Shown here: positions 1 to 8,997 of the stretch, piece after piece
Layout: each line of letters starts with the position of its first letter
Position numbering within the stretch: the first letter of the stretch is position 1
Assembly: GCF_018420025.1 (NCBI RefSeq)
Contig: NZ_JAEDAM010000011.1
Location: forward strand, 1 to 19,632
Reading direction: 5' to 3'
DNA: 19,632 nucleotides
DNA from: Candidatus Vampirococcus lugosii
GTDB lineage: Bacteria; Patescibacteriota; Gracilibacteria; Absconditabacterales; Absconditicoccaceae
Position numbers and translations under genes: made by a program
Notes under the pieces: generated by a model
Told to the model about the DNA's origin: nothing
Database searches by the model: none
The model's input: the letters and a program-made list of their open reading frames with translations, nothing else

Positions 1-253
1 ATAACAAATATATCAAAGCAATAAATGCACATAATCACAAGAAATAATTTAATATTGTTGATATAAACTCAAGTAAATCTCATTGATTATCTCAAGATGC
101 TTGTCATATTCATTCTATATTATCTCATATTCAAGAAACACCTTGTCTTATTGAATCATCATTAGCAGTATTTCATATAATATCTCATTGCTCTCTAGTA
201 TATGTTTTAGATTCTCATCCCCGAGTAGGAAGAGATAGAAATAAATCTAACAT
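1..253 (-). CDS. hypothetical small protein, Gly/Asp-rich first half then a hydrophobic segment; start is inside the window, 3' end runs off the left edge (partial)
   Basis: The minus frame (codon low coordinate = 2 mod 3) has no TAA/TAG from 256 to the edge. ATG at 253..251 directly follows an in-frame stop (257-259). Hand translation: MLDLFLSLPTRGGESKTYTREQGDIIGNTANDDSIRQGVSGIGDNIEGIGQASGDNQGDLLEFISTILNYFLGLCAFIALIYLL... with 10 in-frame TGA. Same orientation as the two upstream genes. No family recognised, and the opposite strand is also open here, so the call is weak. Confidence 0.35.
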
Positions 254-297
254 ATTCTATATTTTAATTATTAATAAATAATTATTAATTTTTTATT

Positions 298-969
298 TTA
301 TTTTTCTTTAAATTTATCCTGACATACTCATTTTAGATTATTATGAATAATATTTTTACAATCTTCAATATTTTTGGCATGCTCAATCCAGTATCTGGAT
401 ATACAAAATTCTGAATTCACTTTATCTTCTATTTCATTACAAATTTCATAATTAGATTCATCGATAGCTTGTGAAGTATACAAATCACTTTCATAAATTC
501 TATTACAATTATTAGCATCATATATATCATCTAATTTAAGATTCTCTCATGCACATCAATTATGCTCTAATGAAATTTTTAAATTTTCATTATCAAAATG
601 CATATAATCATATATTAAAAAGCGAGATAAGTCATCATACATTTCCCAATCTTTACATCTTTTTGTGTCACTAGGTCTATCAAAATTTGAACAATTTTTA
701 TCTAATTTAATATAAGCTCAGCTATAAACTTCATTACATTTAATAACAAATTTTTGTAAACTTTCATAATTCATATCAACATTCTCTATCTTATCATAAC
801 ATCAATTGTCCATCAATTCTTTTTTGATAAAATTTGAATCAATTTTATCTATATCATACTCAAAAGATAATTTTTCTTTTTGCTTCAAAGGAAAAATTAA
901 AAAAGCAAGAATTAGTAATAATAATAATCAAACAGATACAAAAAAATATTTTTTATTATAAATAGACAT
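298..969 (-). CDS. hypothetical secreted or membrane-anchored protein, 223 aa, 10 Cys
   Basis: ATG 969..967, TAA 300..298. Checked triplet by triplet: no TAA/TAG, 6 in-frame TGA. The N-terminus MSIYNKKYFFVSVGLLLLLILAFLIFPLKQ is a basic stretch plus a hydrophobic helix (signal peptide or anchor). The remainder is acidic with 10 spaced Cys. No family recognised. Confidence 0.7.
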
Positions 970-995
970 TTTAAATTCTAACAAATTAAAATAAA

Positions 996-1829
996 CTAAC
1001 AAGATGGATTAGGATTTGGGCTTGCTGCATTAGGAGTAGTAGTTTCCCAACAACCTCCACTAGCATTACATCCTCTATCTATTCTAGTAGTATTAACACA
1101 ATCAGTATCAGAAACAGTCCGATTATTAGTACAAGTATCACATGTTGTTGAACAAGTCTCATTACCATCATCGTCTGTAGAACAAGATTCTGAGCAATTA
1201 CAAGAATAATTACTACTACATGATTTACTACGAGTTTCACATTGATTATTTGTCCGAGATGTAGAAGGTCAACAATATTCTGAATCAAAAACTTCATGAT
1301 TACATGATCAACCTCTACATCTATCTCTCATGTGCTGAAATGTAAGTCAACTACATTGCCGATAGTCAGGCTCATTACAAGCTTCTACTTCAGTAAAGTC
1401 AAAAGATTCACAAGCTCATTCCATACATCTCCATTCTTCCCGTCAAGCATATCAATTCCAAGGTGCTCCAGAAGTTATACTAGCAAAAGTTCAATTTGTA
1501 GAACAAGTTCTATTTTCAAAATCTTCACAAGATTTAAATTCTCAATCTGGTTCTCAATCATCATTTGCTTTCCATTCCCAAAGTAATTTATTATCATTAT
1601 GAGCTCATCTATTATTTACTACATTAGAATCAAAAGACTTTGTAAATATTTTTGCATCTAATCATCTTGTAAAATGAGGTAGATCAGAATTAGTTTCTGA
1701 CATTTTTACTTGTCATCATGGAGATACACATTGATCTTCAAATTCATAAAAAGAACATTCAATAGCATTTGTATACGAATACAATCAATAAAAAGACATT
1801 AATCAAAATAATAATATATATTTTTTCAT
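996..1829 (-). CDS. hypothetical secreted cysteine-rich protein, 277 aa (about 23 Cys)
   Basis: ATG 1829..1827, TAG 998..996, no in-frame TAA/TAG (checked). The N-terminus MKKYILLFGLMSFYGLYSYTNA/IECS looks like a Sec signal peptide. The C-terminal third is a Cys/Ser/Thr-rich tract (..CETRSKSCSSNYSCNCSESCSTDDDGNETCSTTCDTCTNN..GCNASGGCWETTTPNAASPNPNPSC) and is visibly more GC-rich than its surroundings. Track ORFs 1079..1297(-) and 1332..1586(+) are out of frame or antisense. Confidence 0.75.
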
Positions 1830-1998
1830 TTTTATTTTAAATATAATTAAATTAAAACAATCTTAAAACTATAAAATAATAAACAAATTAAATAAAAAGT
1901 CAAATATTTTATATAACTTTATTGTAATTATATTATTAATATTTTTTTTTAATTTGCAATACATTTTTTACTTTTTTTTAAAATAAACTATATATTTT

Positions 1999-2026
1999 TT
2001 GACAAATTATATATTTTATATATACT
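1999..2026 (+). promoter_or_regulatory. candidate sigma70-type promoter for the 2060..4153 gene pair
   Basis: Perfect TTGACA at 1999-2004, a 16-nt spacer, then TATACT at 2021-2026, 33 nt upstream of ATG 2060. TATA-like hexamers are common in such AT-rich DNA, so support rests mainly on the -35 box. Confidence 0.35.
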
Positions 2027-2059
2027 TTCATAATATATAAATATAAATTATAAATTATT

Positions 2060-2341
2060 ATGAAATATAATGATATAAAAAAATGAGTTTTAAACTCAAA
2101 TATAATTCCAGATCCGTTAAAAGATAAAATATTAAAAATTAAAGATTTACCTATACAAATTTGCTCTGTATTGGAAGAAATTTTTGTTTTGGAAGCAAAA
2201 AATAATGAAATTAATAAAGATATTAAATGAAAATCAGTACAAATATTAGTTGAATATATTAAAAGTGTTGAAGAAAAATCAAATGATATTAATGAAGTAG
2301 AAAAAAAACTTGATGATGAATTAGAAAATATATTTGATTAA
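2060..2341 (+). CDS. hypothetical small acidic protein, 93 aa, probably co-transcribed with the downstream transglycosylase
   Basis: ATG 2060, TAA 2339-2341, 2 in-frame TGA, no TAA/TAG. Translation: MKYNDIKKGVLNSNIIPDPLKDKILKIKDLPIQICSVLEEIFVLEAKNNEINKDIKGKSVQILVEYIKSVEEKSNDINEVEKKLDDELENIFD. Lies 39 nt upstream of the next ATG. Shares an in-frame 22-nt identity (KKLDDEL) with the next gene. Confidence 0.6.
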
Positions 2342-2380
2342 ATACAATAAATATTTTATATATTAATTAAAAATAAAAAT

Positions 2381-4153
2381 ATGATCAATAATATAGATAA
2401 TAGAGATATAAATACACAAGAAGATCCAGAAAAAGTTTGACAACCACAATTAGATAATTTTGAAAAAAATCAAGATATTGAAAAAGTAGTTTCTGAATTG
2501 AAAGAAGAATTTAGAAATCTTGCTGAATCTTTGGATACATGAGATGAATGAGAGTCAATAAATTTTTATGTAGATAGAATGAATAGTTATTTGAATGAAA
2601 ATTATAATTGAATAAAAATTGTAATAGATGAAGATTGAAATTTAGAAGTTAAAAATCATGAAGCAGATGAACTTTTAAAAAAACTTGATGATGAATTACA
2701 ATCATTATATTTGGATATAGAAGAATCAATTGATTCTTGAAATGATTTGTTGGATGATCAAGAATTTGCTTGAAAATCTTCATGAGAACTTTTGCAAATG
2801 TCAAATCAAAATAATTCATTATTATATAATAATATAATAAAAGAAAGTGAAGATTGAAGTTTAAATGTTGATTTTAGATGAAATGAGTGAGCAGAAGATA
2901 ATATTTGATTATCAGATATCTTGGCAGAAGATGTTAAATCAGTAAAAATTACTTCTAGTGATTGACAAGTTAGTGAATGAAATAGAGTATGATTAAAATG
3001 ATGATTTTATGATGCTTGATGAAATTATTTAGCTATTTTTAGCTGAGATAAAGTAGAAATCACAGAAAAATATGAAGAACAAGAACTTGAAAAACTAAAA
3101 GAAGCAAATAGTGAAGCTATAAATTCTTTTATGGAAAGGGATGAAATAAAAGAAATGTATACTGAAAATTGAGAAGTTATAGAAGGAAAAAAAGAAGCTA
3201 TATGATTAGCTGTATCAATGGCAGAATCTTATGATCTTGATCCAAATTTATTATTATCAATTTGATTAAATGAATGAATTTTTGAATGAAATATGTGAAT
3301 AATGAATTGAGATTTACAAACTCTTGATTGACAACTTGTTATGCTTTGTAGAAATGTTCAATCAAGTTTTGTCAAATGAACATCTCAATCAAATGAAAAT
3401 TGAGATTGAATAATAAATACAGATGATATTTTGTATTGAATAAATAATGCTTGATTGAGATGATTTTGATGATCTAATTATGATTTTTTATGAAAAATTG
3501 TTGAATCATATTGGACTTTATCTTGAAAAGAATTTACAAATAATGATTTAAAATGAGTGATAGATAAATACAAAAATTCAAATATAAATTTTTCTAGTAT
3601 AAATCCAGAAAATTTAACAATGTGAAATTTAGATATTAATTTACCTAATTTTGAATCATTATTAACTACTCAATGATGAAGAGATTATATGATGTATAAA
3701 GATAGTATAGAACAAATGTGTGATAAACTTAAAATTCCTCCAGAAGTTTTATTGCAATTATTTATAAAAGAATGAAGTCGTTGAAATCCTCATGCATCTC
3801 CTTGAACATCTAGTGCAGTTTGACTTTGACAAATAATAGATTGAACTTGGGAAGGTATTACTAAATCATGATGAACAGCATCAAAATATGGTATTGATTG
3901 AATAAAATTTGATAGATATGATGCAGGACATCAAATAATATGATCGGCAGTTTATCTTAGAGAAATGTATGATAAATTTTGAAGTTGGTGAAAAGCTATG
4001 GTACATTATCATACATGACCTTGACAAATGACAGATTCATATGCACAAAAATGTGCAAAATGGAATCCAGCTATTGAAAGATGAATATCATGACCAATCA
4101 CAGCTCAATCATATTACAATTCTGCAATGAAATATTATACAAATGTTGTTTAA
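2381..4153 (+). CDS. lytic transglycosylase (SLT/GH23 domain) protein, 590 aa, long acidic Gly-rich N-terminal region, no visible signal peptide
   Basis: ATG 2381, TAA 4151-4153. The whole frame was read by hand with no TAA/TAG and dozens of TGA. The C-terminal domain carries the GH23 signature LFIKE(3770-3772)GSRGNPHASPGTSSAVGLGQII...YHTGPG, and the invariant G of A-x-G-L-x-Q is a TGA (3821-3823). The N-terminus MINNIDNRDINTQEDPEKVGQPQ is hydrophilic. Confidence 0.85.
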
Positions 4154-4182
4154 AATTAGCTTTTAAAAACTAATTTTATTTT
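4152..4182 (+). terminator. weak candidate intrinsic terminator after the transglycosylase gene
   Basis: 8-bp all-A/T stem aaaattag (4152-4159) / ctaatttt (4170-4177), followed by T-rich attttct. The stem has low stability and overlaps the stop codon. Confidence 0.3.
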
Positions 4183-4442
4183 CTATTTCTTTTTGATTTC
4201 CTTCAAGATAATCTATTGCTTTATATAAATTATTGTATTAAATTGATTAATAATTTTGAATATTTATAAACTTCAGAATGTTAACTTATTTTAACTAGTT
4301 TTTGATTTGATTAGATATTGCATTGTAATAAAAAAATATAATTTCAAGATAAAACACATCGATCTTCGCTATTACAAAATAATTTATTTTTACAAAATTA
4401 AGATTAAATATTTTATTATTTAGAAATTAATGAGTTAAAAGA

Positions 4443-7400
4443 TTATTATACAAATTTTGTAAATGTATCAGGTTTTTCTGAGTTTTTTTTATTATTTCAA
4501 TAATTATTTTTTAAATAAGATATTTCTAATACTTTTCAAATTTCAAAATCAATCATAGCAATTCATTTATCTCATAAAACTTTTCAAGTATCATCAAAAT
4601 TATTAATTTTTCAAATTTTTAAATCTCATATAGTATATATAACTTCTCAAGTTTTGGAATTAATTTTTGCAATTCAAGTTTCTCATACAATTTTTCAATT
4701 AGAACTAAAATTATTAATATTTCAAATATCTAAATATCAAGTATTATAAATAATTTCTCAAGTTTCAATATCAATTTTGGAAATTCAGTTTTCTCATATA
4801 ATATTTCAATCATAACTAAAATTATTGATTTTTCAGATTCATAAGTTTCAAGTATTATATTTAACTTTTAAAGTTTTTTTATCTATCATACTAATTCAAT
4901 TTTCTCATTTAATTAATCATTTGTCATAGAATTTATTAATTTTTCAAATTCATAAATCTAATGTACTATAAATAATCTCTCAAGTTTCAAAATCAATTTT
5001 TGCAATTCAATTTTCTCATATAACTCATCAATTTGAATAGAATTTATTAATTTTTCAAATTCATAATTCTAAAATACTATAAATAATTTCTCAAGTTTCA
5101 ACATTAATTTTTGCAATTCAAGTTTCTCATATAATTTTTCAATCATTATCAAAATTATTAATATTTCAAATACCTAAATCTCAAGTATTATATTTAATTT
5201 TTAAATTTTTTGTATTAATTTTTGCAATTCAAGTTTCTCATATAACTTTTCAATCATTATCAAAATTATTAATTTTTCAAATTCATAAATCTCAAGTAGT
5301 GTGTTTAACTTTTAAAGTTTTTGTATCAATTATTGTAATTCAAGTTTCTCATATAATATTTCAATTGTTATCAAATTTATTAACTTTTCAAATTTTCAAA
5401 TTTCATGTACTAGACTTAATTTCTCAAGTTTGAATATCAATTATTGTAAATCAAGTTTCTCATACAATTCATCAACTTGAATAGAAACTATTAATTTTTC
5501 AAATTCATAAATTTGGAATAGTATAAATAGTTTCTCAAGTTTTGATATTAATTTTTGCAATTCAAGTTTTTCATATAATTCTTCAATCATTGCTAAAATT
5601 ATCAATTTTTCAAATATCTAAATCTCAAGTATTATAAATAATATCTAATGTTTTGACATTAATTTTTGCAATTCAAGTTTCTCATTTAATTTTTCAATCA
5701 ATATCAAAATTAATAATTTTTCAAATACCTAAATCTCAAGTATTATAAATAATATCTAAAGTTTTTGTATTAATTATAGCAATTCAAGTTTCTCATATAA
5801 CTTTTCAATTAGCATCAAAATCAATAATTTTTCAAATTCATAAATTTGAAGTAGTAGATTCAATTTGTCAAGTTTTAGTATTTATAACTGCAAATCAATT
5901 TTCTCATTCAATTCATCAAGTTCAATAAAATCATTTAATTTTTCAAATACCTAAATCTCATTTATTATAATTAATTTTTCAAGTTTCAATATTAATTTGA
6001 GCAACTCAAGTTTCTCATATTATTTTTCAAGCATTATTAAAATCATTAATTTTTCAAATACCTAAATCTCAAGTAGTATATTTAACTTTTGAAGTTATTA
6101 AATTAAGTAAAGCAACTCATTTTTCTCATATTATTTTTCAATCATTACTGACATTAAGAATTTTTCAAATAACTAAATCTCAAGTATTATATTTAATATC
6201 TAAAGTTTTTGTATCAACTATAGTAAATCAATTTTCTCATATAATTTGTCAATCTGATATAATTTTTCAATCAAAAATAAAATCAATAATTTTTCATATT
6301 CATAAATTTCAAGTATTAGCTATAATTTTTCAAGTTTGAATATTAATTATTGCAATTCAAGTTTCTCATACAATTCATCAATTTCAATAAAAATCATTAA
6401 TTTTTCAAATACCTAAATTTCATTTATTATAAAGAATTTTTCAAGTTCCAACATTAATTTTTGCAATTCAAGTTTCTCATATAATATTTCAATCATAATT
6501 AAAACTAATAATTTTTCATATTTCTAAATCTCATATAGTATAAAAGATTTTTCAAGTTTCAATATTAATTTTTGCAATTCAGTTTTCTCATATAATATTT
6601 CAATCATAATTAAAATTACTAATTTTTCAAACACCTAAATCTCAGGTAGTATAAATAACTTTTCAGTTTTTGACATTAATTTTTGCAATTCAATTTTCTC
6701 ATATAATTTTTCATTTATTATTAAAATTAATAATTTTTCAAATACCTAAATCTCAAGTATTAGATTTAATTTTTCAAGTTTTGACATCAATTATTGCAAT
6801 TCAATTTTTTCATACAATTCATCAAGTTCAATAAAAAGATTCAATATTTCAAATACCTAAATCTCAAATATTATATTTAATTTCTCAAGTTTTGACATTA
6901 ATTTTTGCAACTCAATTTTCTCATTTAATTAATCAATCATTATCAAAATTACTAATATTTCAAATACCTAAATCTCAAGTATTATATTTAATTTCTAAAT
7001 TTTTAACATTAATTTTTGCAAGTCAATTTTCTCATTTAATTAATCAAGTATCATCAAAATTAATAATATTTCAAATACCTAAATTTCAAGTATTATATTT
7101 AATTTTTCAAGTTTGAATATCAATTATTGCAAGTCAATTTTTTCATAAAATTCATCAACTTGAATAAAATCATTTAATATTTCAAATACCTAAATCTCAA
7201 ATATTATATTTAATTTCTCAAGTTTTAAAATTAATTTTTGCAACTCAATTTTTTCATATAATTTTTCAATCATCATCAAAATTAATAATATTTCAAATAT
7301 CTAAATTTCAAATACTATAATCAACTTCTCAAGTCTCAAAATTAATTTTTGCAATTCAATTTTCTCATATAATTTTTCAATTTTTATCAAAATCAATAAT

Positions 7401-8573
7401 ATTTCAAATATCTAAATTTCAAATACTATAATCAACTTCTCAAGTTTCAAAATCAATTTTGGCAATTCAAGATTCTCATAAGATATTTCAATTTTTATCA
7501 AAATCAATAATATTTCAAATATCTAAATCCGAAGTAGTATAATCAACTTCTCAAGTTTCAAAATCAATTTTGGCAATTCAAGATTCTCATAAAATATTTC
7601 AATCATTATCAAGATTAATTATTTTTCAAATATCTAAATCTCAAGTAGTATAATCAACTTCTCAAGTTTCAAAATCAATTTTGGCAATTCAAAATTTTCA
7701 TAAAATATTTCAGTCAGATTCAAGATTAATTATTTTTCAAATATCTAAATTTCAAGTGGTATAAATAATATCTCAAGTTTCAATATTAATTTTGGCAATT
7801 CAAGATTCTCATAAAATATTTCAATCAGATTCAAAATTAATTATTTTTCAAATATCTAAATTTCAAGTAGTATAAATAATATCTCAAGTTTCAATATTAA
7901 TTTTGGCAACTCAAGATTCTCATAAAATATTTCAACCAGATTCAAATCTATCAACTTTTCAAATATCTAAATTTCAAGTACTATAATTAACTTTTCAAGT
8001 TTCAATATTAATTTTTATAATTCAATTTTCTCATATAATTTTTCAATTAGTTTCAAATTTATTAACTTTTCAAATACTTAAATTTTGAATTATATTTATA
8101 GTTCATTTCAATTTATTAACATATATTATATGTCCAGATTCAGATTCCCATAAATTTTCACAAATTTTATTTAATTTTCAATATTTTTTTTGTAGTTCTA
8201 TATTGGATATTTCATTGTTTGGATCTAACTTTAAAACTCCCAAAATTTTATTAGTGATACTATTATATCAAATATCGCTTAAAAGTTTTTTTAAGAAATT
8301 AGAACTATTTTTATCAACTTTTTTTCTTAATTTTCTCAAAAATGTTTTTGCTTTAGCTTGAAACAGAGGTAAACTAAATAAATCTTTTAATTTTTTTTTT
8401 CATTTATCATCTATATTTGAACTCATTTGAAATAATGAAATAATATTTTCAATTTCTTTATCATCTTTTCATATATCTTTCAATACAATTCATAATCATG
8501 TCGCAAAATCATCACTTACAAAAACTTCATCTAAATCAGAACAATCTTGACTAATTTCATAGTTATCTATCAT
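4443..8573 (-). CDS. giant tandem-repeat protein, 1376 aa: unique N-terminal region of about 160 aa, then 32 x 37-aa glycine-periodic repeats, then a short tail; possible beta-solenoid; unknown function
   Basis: ATG 8573..8571 is preceded by an in-frame stop at 8577-8579; TAA at 4445..4443. All triplets with low coordinate = 0 mod 3 across 4.1 kb were checked and contain no TAA/TAG. By hand count there are about 205 in-frame TGA. N-terminus: MIDNYEISQDCSDLDEVFVSDDFATGLGIVLKDIGKDDKEIENIISLFQ... (no signal peptide or TM helix). Repeat consensus: G-K-I-I-N-F-(D/E)-x-(D/N)-G-(N/K)-I-(L/I)-G-E-x-G-I-A-K-I-(N/D)-(F/I)-E-T-G-(E/D)-(V/I)-x-Y-x-x-G-x-L-x-I. C-terminus: ...IAMIDFEIGKVLEISYLKNNYGNNKKNSEKPDTFTKFV. 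Confidence 0.85.
4520..8100. repeat. 32-copy tandem array, unit 111 bp (one unit is 129 bp), lying entirely inside the 4443..8573 CDS
   Basis: The (c/t)tcat landmark occurs at 4571, 4682, 4793 ... 7919, 8030. That gives 30 intervals of exactly 111 bp and one of 129 bp (6236 to 6365). Every interval is a multiple of 3. Units are diverged at scattered positions, except for a nearly uniform block at about 7364-8030. Confidence 0.95.
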
Positions 8574-8618
8574 TATTTAAATATTTTGATTAAAAAATTA
8601 AATTAAATTTAACATTAT

Positions 8619-8648
8619 GTTATATATATAAAAATATATATTTGTCAA
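8619..8648 (-). promoter_or_regulatory. candidate promoter for the giant repeat gene
   Basis: Minus-strand TTGACA at 8648..8643. TATATA/TATAAC-like -10 candidates lie 16-18 nt downstream (about 8626..8619), roughly 45 nt before ATG 8573. The -10 is not distinctive in this A/T background. Confidence 0.3.
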
Positions 8649-8934
8649 TAAAAAAAAACTTTTTTTTATCTCATACTTGTATGACTAAAATTTGTAAACA
8701 AAATTATAAACTGAAAAACATAATGTATGCCTGGTTAGAAGTAGTTGAATATATATTACTTAATTAAAAATTTTCCGAAATAGTATATTTATACTTAAAA
8801 AACAAAAAATTTCATTATAATAAAAAAATTATATTAATAATTCTATTTTTACTTTTTTACTGATATTTTAAATTTACCAGCATAAAAAATAAAAATATAC
8901 TTGAAATTTATTATAATTTTTTTATACTTCTTTA

Positions 8935-8965
8935 TATAGCACTAATATTATTTATGTGCTATAAT
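8935..8965 (+). promoter_or_regulatory. CIRCE-like inverted repeat (candidate HrcA operator) overlapping an extended -10 upstream of clpB
   Basis: Perfect 8-bp arms tatagcac (8935-8942) and gtgctata (8956-8963) with a 13-nt spacer. This gives TAGCAC-N13-GTGCTA, the same core and spacing as CIRCE (TTAGCACTC-N9-GAGTGCTAA). The right arm runs into TGcTATAAT (8957-8965), 33 nt before ATG 8998. No good -35 box was seen. Confidence 0.5.
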
Positions 8966-8997
8966 ATGAAAATTTTAAATTTTAAAATAAATAAAAT

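Noticed and set aside
48-278. Plus-strand 76-codon open frame at the left edge as a CDS
   Set aside because: It has no ATG, GTG or TTG anywhere in frame and is immediately preceded by an in-frame TAA (45-47). It is kept only as a possible gene remnant.
1079-1586. Track ORFs 1079..1297(-) and 1332..1586(+)
   Set aside because: They are out of frame or antisense relative to the 996..1829 Cys-rich CDS, which has a signal peptide, a proper start and stop, and no TAA/TAG.
4154-4442. Possible small gene or RNA in the 289-bp spacer between the convergent transglycosylase and repeat-protein genes
   Set aside because: All six frames are broken by TAA/TAG within about 30 codons. I saw no tRNA-like or other structured GC-containing segment. 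It is most simply a pair of 3' UTRs and terminators.
6892-7116. Track ORF on the + strand inside the repeat array (74 aa)
   Set aside because: It is antisense to the long minus-strand frame. It is short and bounded by TAA codons that recur in every unit in the plus frames, so it is a by-product of the repeat.
4520-8100. CRISPR array or non-coding satellite as the explanation for the 111-bp tandem repeat
   Set aside because: There is no repeat/spacer alternation: the whole 111-bp unit is conserved between copies. All 31 unit lengths are multiples of 3. One minus-strand frame is free of TAA/TAG for 4.1 kb in DNA where TTA/TAA trinucleotides are abundant in the other frames. The array is flanked by unique in-frame N- and C-terminal coding sequence with proper start and stop codons.
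8681-8767. 28-codon ORF (MTKICKQNYKLKNIMYAWLEVVEYILLN) in the 424-bp intergenic region upstream of clpB
   Set aside because: It is too short to support from sequence alone, with no recognisable motif, signal or conservation evidence available.
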